Of a stretch of DNA of 64,000 nt, positions 56,683 to 64,000 are shown in pieces. The stretch is taken from NCBI GenBank assembly GCA_026981985.1, contig JALSHZ010000036.1, positions 11,113 to 75,112 of the forward strand, given 5' to 3'. The notes beneath the pieces were generated by a model. It was given only the letters and a program-made list of their open reading frames with translations, ran no database searches and had not been told where the DNA came from. The position numbers and the translations under genes are program-made. The DNA comes from Gammaproteobacteria bacterium. GTDB taxonomy: Bacteria; Pseudomonadota; Gammaproteobacteria; UWMA-0217. Numbering within the stretch: the first letter of the stretch is position 1; the number at the start of each line of letters is the position of its first letter.

Positions 56683-57546
56683 TTAGCCTGCAAACTTGTC
56701 CCGCGCTGCTTTGGCGCGTGAGAAAATCTCGACCAGCCTGTCGCTGTCTCCTTGCTCGATGGCGTCGCGCAGTTCCGCCATTTCTTCTTCGAAACGGCTC
56801 ATGGCGCCGAGCAAGGCTGGGCCATTGTGCATGCAGATGTCGCGCCACATCACCGGGTCGCTGGAGGCGATGCGGGTAAAATCGCGGAAGCCACCGGCGG
56901 CGTAGCGAAAGATTTCATCCGAGTCTTGCTGACGTGCAAGGCTGTCCACCAGACCGAATGCGAGCATATGCGGCAGATGGCTGGTGGCGGCGAGCACGGT
57001 GTCGTGGTGCTCGACGGTCATTGTCTCGACTTCGGCACCGACGCTCTCCCACATCCGACGCACCTTGGCCAATGCTTCCGGGAAGGTTTCCTGTAGTGGT
57101 GTCAGCAACACTCGCCGCCCCTGATAGAGTTCGGGGAAAGCTGCCGCAGCGCCGCTCTTCTCGGTGCCGGCAATCGGATGACCGGGGACGAAACGCGCTG
57201 GCAGCTCACCAAATCCGGCGCGAACCTGCTCGACCACATCAGCCTTGACGCTGCCGACATCGGTCAGTATCGCATCGGCGGGCAGGTGATCCCGAATCTG
57301 CTCACAGACTGGCCGGATGCTGCCCACAGGCACGGCGAGCACAACCATGTCGGCGGATTCGACGGCAGTCGCGGCATCATGACTGTAGCTGTCGATGATC
57401 CCCAGCCGCACCGCCTCTTCGAGATTGGCGGCGCTGCGCCCGACGCCGATCACCGAACCGACCGCCCCCGCCTGCCGCAGCGCCAGTGCCAGCGAGCCGC
57501 CGATCAGGCCGACGCCGATAATGCAGAGTCGCGCTATGTCAGGCAT
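56683..57546 (-). CDS. tyrA: Prephenate dehydrogenase
   Basis: 287 aa; IIGVGLIGGSLALAL Rossmann fold and HPIAG motif. Aromatic amino-acid operon context. Confidence 0.88.
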   Translation of the reverse strand: MPDIARLCIIGVGLIGGSLALALRQAGAVGSVIGVGRSAANLEEAVRLGIIDSYSHDAATAVESADMVVLAVPVGSIRPVCEQIRDHLPADAILTDVGSVKADVVEQVRAGFGELPARFVPGHPIAGTEKSGAAAAFPELYQGRRVLLTPLQETFPEALAKVRRMWESVGAEVETMTVEHHDTVLAATSHLPHMLAFGLVDSLARQQDSDEIFRYAAGGFRDFTRIASSDPVMWRDICMHNGPALLGAMSRFEEEMAELRDAIEQGDSDRLVEIFSRAKAARDKFAG

Positions 57547-58652
57547 GCCTTGAGCGCAGCGATGCAGGCGGCGTTTTCGGCTTCGGTGCCAATGGTGATG
57601 CGCAGATGTTCCGGCAGATTGTAGTTGGCAACGGGGCGCACGATCACGCCCTGCTGCAACATTTGCTGGAACAGGGCTGTGCCCGATCTTGCCACTTCGA
57701 CGCAGACAAAGTTGGCCACCGAAGGGATGCTGTCGAGCCCCATGTCAGCAAAGGCATCGAGATACTGCTGCATGCCCGCCTGATTGTTGGCGACGCTGCG
57801 GGCAATGAAGTCATGATCATCCAGCGCCGCTTCAGCCGCAGCCAGTGCAACGGCATTGACATTGAACGGGTGACGAACGCGGTTGATGACGGCCGTCAGC
57901 TCGGGGCTCGCCAGACCATAGCCAACGCGTAATGCTGCGAGACCATAGATTTTGGAAAAGGTCCGGGTGACGATCAGGTTGGGAAAATCGCCCAGCCACT
58001 TCACGCCATCCGGGAACCCCGGTTCGGTGACATATTCGGTATAGGCCTCGTCGAGCACGATGACGACATCGGAGGGCACCGATTCGACAAAAGCGTAGAG
58101 CGCGGCTTCCGTCAGCCAGGTGCCGGTGGGGTTGTTGGGGTTGGCGATGAACACCACGCGGGTGTCGTCATCGATCAGCGCAGCCATCGCATCGAGATCG
58201 TGGCCGTAAGGCATCTCATCGATCAGCGGCAGCGGCTCGGCGATTTTCGCTTCTGCTCCCGCCGCCTGGGTATAGATGGCGTACATCGCGAAGCTGTGTT
58301 CGGAATAGACGGCATTGCGACCGGGACCAAGAAAACTGCGCGCCACCATGTCGATGACATCACTGGAGCCGGCGCCCAGGGTGATCTGCTCGGCCGTGAC
58401 GCCATGATGCGCCGCCAGCTTCTGCTTCAGCCTGAAACCCACATCATCGGGATACCAGTTCAGGCCTTCGAGTTCGCCACTGGCCGCCGCCTTGCCCAGC
58501 GGACTCGGACCGAGTGGGTTTTCATTGGAGGCCAGCTTGACGATATGCTCCAGCCCGAGCTCACGTTGCAGCTCTTCAACCGGCTTGCCGGGGATGTAGG
58601 GTTGCAACCCCTGCACGCCGTGGGTCGCCCGCAACAGGTAGTCAATGACCAT
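57534..58652 (-). CDS. hisC: Histidinol-phosphate / aromatic aminotransferase
   Basis: 372 aa; LASNENPLGP, NPNNPTG, TFSKIYGLAALRVGY. Confidence 0.9.
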   Translation of the reverse strand: MVIDYLLRATHGVQGLQPYIPGKPVEELQRELGLEHIVKLASNENPLGPSPLGKAAASGELEGLNWYPDDVGFRLKQKLAAHHGVTAEQITLGAGSSDVIDMVARSFLGPGRNAVYSEHSFAMYAIYTQAAGAEAKIAEPLPLIDEMPYGHDLDAMAALIDDDTRVVFIANPNNPTGTWLTEAALYAFVESVPSDVVIVLDEAYTEYVTEPGFPDGVKWLGDFPNLIVTRTFSKIYGLAALRVGYGLASPELTAVINRVRHPFNVNAVALAAAEAALDDHDFIARSVANNQAGMQQYLDAFADMGLDSIPSVANFVCVEVARSGTALFQQMLQQGVIVRPVANYNLPEHLRITIGTEAENAACIAALKACLT

Positions 58653-59758
58653 TACAATACCGCCTTCGGATAACTGCCCAACACCCGAACCAGATCGGCG
58701 CTGTTGTGCAGGGTATCGAGCGCCTGCTGGATGGATGGCTCGCTGACATGCCCTTGCAGATCGAGAAAGAATACATACTCCCAGTTGACGCAGTGGGACG
58801 GGCGCGATTCGATACGCGTCAGACTGACGTTATTGTCGGCAAACGGTGACAGAATGTGGTAGAGCGCGCCGGGACGATTCTGCGCCGACACCAGTAGCGA
58901 TGTTTTGTCATCGCCTGATGGCGGCACATCCTGATGCCCGATGACCAGAAAGCGTGTGGTGTTGTTCGGGTTGTCCTCGACATTGTGATGCAGAATGTCG
59001 AGCCCATAGAGTTCCGCTGCCGCCTCTCCGGCAATCGCCGCAGCCCCCGCTTCGTCGGCTGCCCGCCGTGCCGCCTCTGCATTGTTCGATGCGTTGATTC
59101 GCTCGGCCTGCGGCAGATGCGTATCCAGCCACTCGCGACACTGTGCCAATGACTGGGGATGCGAATAGATGCGCTTGATCTGCTGGAAATCGTCGCATGT
59201 TGACATCAGGTGCTGGTGAATACGAATCTCCACCTCACCACAGATCTTCAGCGACGATTCGAGAAAACTGTCCAGCGTGTGATTGACCACACCCTCGGTC
59301 GAATTCTCGATCGGCACCACGCCATAGGCGCAGGATTTCGATTCCACCTCGCGAAAGACCTCGTTGATGGCGTTGAGCGCCACGGTGTCGATGGAATGGC
59401 CAAAGTGTTTCAGCGCTGCCATCTGCGTGAATGAGCCGGCGGGGCCGAAATAGGCGATTTTCTGCCGTTCCTCAGCGGCGAGGCAGGCGGACATGATCTC
59501 GCGAAACAGCCGCGCCATCTCCTCGTCGTCGAGCGGCCCGGGGTTCTCCTGCTGAATACGTCGCAACACCTGTGCTTCGCGCTCGGGCCGGTAGAAAGTG
59601 GTGTTGTCGCCATGACGCCGCTTGACCTCAGCCACATCCTGGGCACAGCGCGCTCGCGCGCTGATCAGCGCCAGCAAGCTTGCATCGATCTCATCGATGC
59701 GGTCGCGTATCCGCCGCAGCTCCTCTTCCTGGGTCATCGGTTTGCCATCAGCAGTCAC
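58652..59758 (-). CDS. pheA: Bifunctional chorismate mutase / prephenate dehydratase (P-protein)
   Basis: 368 aa; CM domain (LRRIRDRIDEIDASLLALISARA), PDT domain and ACT domain (TRIESRP). Confidence 0.93.
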   Translation of the reverse strand: MTADGKPMTQEEELRRIRDRIDEIDASLLALISARARCAQDVAEVKRRHGDNTTFYRPEREAQVLRRIQQENPGPLDDEEMARLFREIMSACLAAEERQKIAYFGPAGSFTQMAALKHFGHSIDTVALNAINEVFREVESKSCAYGVVPIENSTEGVVNHTLDSFLESSLKICGEVEIRIHQHLMSTCDDFQQIKRIYSHPQSLAQCREWLDTHLPQAERINASNNAEAARRAADEAGAAAIAGEAAAELYGLDILHHNVEDNPNNTTRFLVIGHQDVPPSGDDKTSLLVSAQNRPGALYHILSPFADNNVSLTRIESRPSHCVNWEYVFFLDLQGHVSEPSIQQALDTLHNSADLVRVLGSYPKAVL

Positions 59759-60927
59759 GGCAGAATGCGCACCCGGATAATGCCTTCCACATTCTGCAAC
59801 TCCTCACAGCATCCGCCCTGAACCTCAGAGTCCAGATCGATGACGGTATAGGCAATGTCACCGCGCGCTTCGTTCACCATGCGATTGATGTTGAGCCCGG
59901 CCTGCCCCATCCAGTGAGAAATCTGCGCCAACATATCGGGGCGGTTTTCATTGACGACGGTGACGCGGCTGACGCCGGTGCGCGGCGACACGATCTCGGG
60001 GAAATTCACGGAGTTGCGGATCGTGCCATCTTCAAGAAACGCTCTGACTTCGTCAGCGACCATGACCGCGCAGTTGTCCTCCGCCTCGACGGTCGAGGCG
60101 CCCAGATGTGGCAGCACGATGACACGCGGGTGATCCTTGATCAGATTGCTGGGGAAATCGCTGATGTAGGCATACACCTTGCCGCTGTCAAGCGCTTCGA
60201 GCACCGCTTCATCGTCGACAATGCCGTTACGCGCCAGATTGATGATGACGACATTGTCCTTCATCGCCGCCAGCCGGTCGCGATTGATCAGGTGCTTGGT
60301 CGATTCGATCAACGGCACGTGGAAAGTCACGAAATCTGCCTGCGCCAGCACTTCATCTGCCGAGGTCGCCCCCTGCACATCCGAAGAAAGCTGCCAGGCG
60401 CTTTGTACCGTGATAGTCGGATCGAAGCCGATGACATTCATGCCCAGCGCCCGGGCCGCGTTCGCGACCTTGACACCAATGGCACCCAAACCAATGACGC
60501 CCAACGTCCGCCCCGGCAGTTCGAAACCGCCATATTGCTTCTTACCCTTCTCGACAGCGACCGAGATTTCCTTGTCATCGCCCTTGAGATTGCGCGAATA
60601 GTCCCAGGCCTGACAGATATTGCGGCAGCCCAGCAGCATTGCGGCAATCACCAGCTCCTTGACTGCATTGGCGTTGGCGCCGGGCGCATTGAAGACCGGA
60701 ATGCCGAGCTGCGTCATCTTGTCAACGGGAATGTTATTGACGCCTGCACCAGCACGCCCGACGGCCAGCAGCGTTTCCGGCAGCGCCATATCATGCATAT
60801 TGTAGGAACGCAGCAGGATCGCTTCGGGATGGGTCATCTCCGATGCCAGCTCATAATGCTCCAGCGGGAAACGTTCGAGCCCCTTTGCCGAGATATTGTT
60901 GAGCGTGAGTATCTTGAACTTATCCAT
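59755..60927 (-). CDS. serA: D-3-phosphoglycerate dehydrogenase-type 2-hydroxyacid dehydrogenase with C-terminal ACT domain
   Basis: 390 aa; [16 protein letters not shown]-binding site and the D-isomer 2-hydroxyacid dehydrogenase catalytic region. Overlaps serC (8 nt) and pheA (4 nt). Confidence 0.8.
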   Translation of the reverse strand: MDKFKILTLNNISAKGLERFPLEHYELASEMTHPEAILLRSYNMHDMALPETLLAVGRAGAGVNNIPVDKMTQLGIPVFNAPGANANAVKELVIAAMLLGCRNICQAWDYSRNLKGDDKEISVAVEKGKKQYGGFELPGRTLGVIGLGAIGVKVANAARALGMNVIGFDPTITVQSAWQLSSDVQGATSADEVLAQADFVTFHVPLIESTKHLINRDRLAAMKDNVVIINLARNGIVDDEAVLEALDSGKVYAYISDFPSNLIKDHPRVIVLPHLGASTVEAEDNCAVMVADEVRAFLEDGTIRNSVNFPEIVSPRTGVSRVTVVNENRPDMLAQISHWMGQAGLNINRMVNEARGDIAYTVIDLDSEVQGGCCEELQNVEGIIRVRILP

Positions 60928-62002
60928 GCTGCTGCTCGAACTCCTTCATGTAAGCAATCAAGGCATCGACGCCTTCTTCTGGCATTGCGTTGTAGATGCT
61001 GGCGCGCATGCCGCCGACGGAGCGATGCCCCTTGAGCGTTGCCAGCCCGGCGGCTTCAGCACCTTCGAGAAAGGGCTTGTCCAGTGCGGGATCCGCCAGC
61101 GTGAACGGCACATTCATCCAGGAACGGCTGTCCGCGGCCACCGGACTGCTGTAGAAATCGGAACCGTCGATGGCGGCATACAGCTTCGCTGCCTTGCGCT
61201 GGTTGATCTCGGCCATCGAGTTGAGCCCACCCAGATGCTTCAACCATTGGAAAACCAGCCCGGCGAGGTACCAGGAATAGGTCGGCGGCGTGTTCAGCAT
61301 CGAGTCGGCGTCGGCCTGTGATTTGTAGTTCATGACATCTGGCGTACCGGGCAACACCTCGCCGATCAGGTCATCCCGAACGATGACGATGGTCAGGCCG
61401 GCCGGGCCGATGTTCTTCTGCGCACCCGCATAAATCACGCCGAACTTTGCGATATCGATCGGACGCGACAGGATCGTCGAAGACATGTCCGCTACCAGCG
61501 GGATATCACCTGTGTCGGGCACATACTGAAACTCGACTCCACCGATGGTTTCATTTGGCGTGTAGTGAACATAGGCGGCGTCATCACTGAAAGCCAGAGA
61601 GTCCGCTGCGGGAACGCGGGTGAAACCGCTATCCTCTGTGCTGGCAACGACATTCACATCGCAGTATTTCTTCGCCTGCGCAATGGCCTTTTTCGACCAC
61701 GCGCCGGTATTGATGTAATCGGCAGTCGGCTTGCCGCGCAGCAGGTTCATCGGCACGCCAGCGAATTGCAGGCTGGCACCACCCTGCAAGAACAGCACTC
61801 TGTAGTTATCCGGCACCGCCAGCAACTCACGGAAGTCGGCCTCGGCCTGCACGGCAATCGACATGAAGGCCTTGCCGCGATGGCTCATCTCCATCACCGA
61901 CATGCCGGTACCACGCCAGTCCAACATTTCGTCACGCGCCCGTTGCAAAACGGCCTCCGGCAACGTGGCCGGACCCGCGCTGAAATTAAATACCCTGCTC
62001 AT
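60920..62002 (-). CDS. serC: Phosphoserine aminotransferase
   Basis: 360 aa; [19 protein letters not shown]...SHRGK. Confidence 0.93.
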   Translation of the reverse strand: MSRVFNFSAGPATLPEAVLQRARDEMLDWRGTGMSVMEMSHRGKAFMSIAVQAEADFRELLAVPDNYRVLFLQGGASLQFAGVPMNLLRGKPTADYINTGAWSKKAIAQAKKYCDVNVVASTEDSGFTRVPAADSLAFSDDAAYVHYTPNETIGGVEFQYVPDTGDIPLVADMSSTILSRPIDIAKFGVIYAGAQKNIGPAGLTIVIVRDDLIGEVLPGTPDVMNYKSQADADSMLNTPPTYSWYLAGLVFQWLKHLGGLNSMAEINQRKAAKLYAAIDGSDFYSSPVAADSRSWMNVPFTLADPALDKPFLEGAEAAGLATLKGHRSVGGMRASIYNAMPEEGVDALIAYMKEFEQQHG

Positions 62003-62110
62003 CAGATTTTTTCCAAGCTTGATTTATGAATTCTTTTACACGAACGGGCGGGCTAACCCGAATTTCTCACCAGATTGACGAGCATCTCGCCACCCGGTGA
62101 GAAATCCAGG

Positions 62111-64000
62111 CTAGTCATCTGAGGCGTCCGCGCCGCCATTGTCACCTTCATCAGTATCAGCATCCTGCTCGTCCTCACCCAGATTAGCGATACACACGAT
62201 CTCGACCAGCTTTTCTTTCTTGCCGAGACGAATCAGCCTGACACCCTGAGTATTGCGCCCAACTTCGGAGATGCCCGCCACCGCGGTGCGCACCAGTGTG
62301 CCCTTGGTGGTGATGAGCATGATCTCATCCTCTTCCTCGGCCAGCACGGCACCCACGAGATCGCCGTTGCGCTCCGACAGGCGCATCGCAATCACACCCT
62401 GGCCGCCACGATTCTGCACCGAAAACTCGTCGACACGGGTGCGCTTGCCATAACCATTTTCAGATGCCAGAACCACTCTGGCATCTGTGTCCTGGTCGAT
62501 CACTGCCAGCGCAATAACCCGCTGACCATCGCCCAGGCGAATGCCACGAACACCGCAAGCCGTTCGACCCATTGGACGCACATCGCTCTCGGCAAAACGA
62601 ATCGCCTTGCCCGCATTACTGAACAGCATGACATCCTGCTCACCATTGGTCAGCGACACACCAATCAGGCTGTCCCCGTCGCGCAGATCGACCGCAATAA
62701 TGCCGCTGCTTCGAGGCCGCGAGAATTCCGACAATGGCGTTTTCTTGACCGTGCCGCTACGTGCAGCAAGCAGCACATAACTATCCTCGGCATATTCCTG
62801 AACCGGCAGCACCGCCTGAATTTGTTCGCCTTCTTCCAGCGGCAGCAGATTGATGATCGGCCGGCCACGCGCTGCGCGCGAACCCAATGGCACTTCGTAC
62901 ACCTTCAACCAGTAGACCTTGCCGGCACTGGAGAAGCAGAGAATCGTGTCGTGGGTATTGGCCACGAACAGCTTTTCGATGAAATCTTCATCCTTGATGC
63001 GCGTCGCCGACTTGCCCTTGCCACCACGCCGTTGCGCTTCATAGTCCGCCAGTGGCTGCGCCTTGACATAGCCGGCATGGGAGATCGTCACGACGACATC
63101 TTCCTGGGTGATCAGATCTTCCAGCGACAGATTCTGATGCACCTCGACAATCTCAGTACGGCGCTCGTCACCGAACTCGGCAATCAGCGCCTGCAACTCT
63201 TCGCGGATAACCTGGGTCAGCCGATCGGGGTTGGAGAGAATTTCCAGCAGGTCGTGGATCTTTTCCAGTAGCTCCCGGTATTCGGCAACGATCTTGTCTT
63301 TTTCCAGCCCGGTCAAGCGGTGCAGACGCAGATCGAGTATCGCCTGTGCCTGCACCGGCGACAGATGATACCCATCCTCTTTCAGCCCATATTCGTCTTC
63401 AAGGTCTTCAGGCCGCGTTGCCGATGCGCCGGAGCGGGATAGCATGTCGGTGACGACACCCGGCTGCCAGACACGCTCGACCAGCCCCTGCTTGGCCTCG
63501 GCCGGCGTTGGCGACGACTTGATCAGGGCAATGACTTCGTCGATGTTCGCCAGCGCCACCGCCAGCCCTTCAAGAATATGGGCGCGTTCGCGCGCCTTGC
63601 GCAGATCGTAGACCGTGCGGCGAGTCACCACTTCGCGGCGATGCTTGAGGAAAGCCGACAGAATCTGCACCAGATTCATCAGCCTCGGCTGACCCTCCTC
63701 CAGCGCCACCATGTTGATGCCAAACACCGTTTGCAGCTGCGTCTGCTTATAAAGGTTATTGAGCACCACCTCGCCCATCTCGCCGCGCCGCAGCTCGATC
63801 ACCATGCGCATGCCGTCCTTGTCGGACTCGTCACGCAGCTCGGTGATGCCTTCGATACGCTTTTCCTTGACCAGTTCGGCGATCTTTTCCAGCAGCCGCG
63901 CCTTGTTCACCTGATAAGGCAGCTCGGTCACGATGATCGTATCCTTACCGCTCTTCTCATCTGACTCGATGTGCGCACGGGCGCGTAAATAGATCCGCCC
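62111..64000 (-). CDS. gyrA: DNA gyrase subunit A (C-terminal ~630 aa; N-terminus beyond the right edge)
   Basis: The frame of ORF 62111..63931 stays open to the window edge. GyrA tower/coiled-coil region and C-terminal beta-pinwheel repeats, with an acidic tail [20 protein letters not shown]. Confidence 0.95.
   Translation of the reverse strand, partial: GRIYLRARAHIESDEKSGKDTIIVTELPYQVNKARLLEKIAELVKEKRIEGITELRDESDKDGMRMVIELRRGEMGEVVLNNLYKQTQLQTVFGINMVALEEGQPRLMNLVQILSAFLKHRREVVTRRTVYDLRKARERAHILEGLAVALANIDEVIALIKSSPTPAEAKQGLVERVWQPGVVTDMLSRSGASATRPEDLEDEYGLKEDGYHLSPVQAQAILDLRLHRLTGLEKDKIVAEYRELLEKIHDLLEILSNPDRLTQVIREELQALIAEFGDERRTEIVEVHQNLSLEDLITQEDVVVTISHAGYVKAQPLADYEAQRRGGKGKSATRIKDEDFIEKLFVANTHDTILCFSSAGKVYWLKVYEVPLGSRAARGRPIINLLPLEEGEQIQAVLPVQEYAEDSYVLLAARSGTVKKTPLSEFSRPRSSGIIAVDLRDGDSLIGVSLTNGEQDVMLFSNAGKAIRFAESDVRPMGRTACGVRGIRLGDGQRVIALAVIDQDTDARVVLASENGYGKRTRVDEFSVQNRGGQGVIAMRLSERNGDLVGAVLAEEEDEIMLITTKGTLVRTAVAGISEVGRNTQGVRLIRLGKKEKLVEIVCIANLGEDEQDADTDEGDNGGADASDD

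Noticed and set aside
59680-61035. 451-aa plus-strand ORF antisense to serA/serC
   Set aside because: Shadow ORF spanning two well-supported minus-strand genes.
62062-62105. 10-bp inverted repeat ATTTCTCACC...GGTGAGAAAT downstream of gyrA as a terminator
   Set aside because: The loop is 24 nt and no U-tract follows on the transcribed strand, so it is not a canonical intrinsic terminator. It may still be a regulatory hairpin upstream of serC.

Overview
GC-rich proteobacterial chromosomal window with gammaproteobacteria-like gene order. It is densely coding, and I saw no rRNA, tRNA or CRISPR array. (1) Positions 1-10.7 kb form one minus-strand operon that runs off the left edge. In transcription order it encodes a flavo/FeS protein with two cyclic-nucleotide-binding domains, a polytopic His-rich membrane protein, an FHA-like/TM/decaheme cytochrome c, a lipoprotein with two GlcG(DUF336) modules, an outer-membrane beta-barrel, and a secreted multiheme cytochrome. 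I read this as an envelope-spanning redox conduit with sensory inputs. It does not match the porin-cytochrome systems I know, and it is my best candidate for an undescribed system. (2) Positions 11-38.7 kb mix housekeeping genes (gdhA, pgi, deaD, sfsA) with poorly characterised envelope and secreted proteins: YdgA-like, an orphan FtsX permease, TlpA-like, OmpA-family proteins, a GEVED-domain protein, DUF1015, and a GT2/phosphorylase-like/SDR operon with a perfect 28-bp palindromic operator candidate. (3) Positions 38.7-64 kb are conserved core: C-N hydrolase-yhdP-rng-maf, hemN/hemL, galU, pyrF-lapB-lapA-ihfB-rpsA-cmk-aroA, tyrA-hisC-pheA-serA-serC and partial gyrA. Other notable points: a roughly 160-bp palindromic element sits in frame inside sfsA, phoD carries one in-frame TAG, and at least three families of small palindromic repeats (REP-like with GTAG/CTAC, and a GTAACTNCTCAG-ended MITE-like family) fill the intergenic spacers. 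All family assignments rest on motif recognition by eye; no database search was run.
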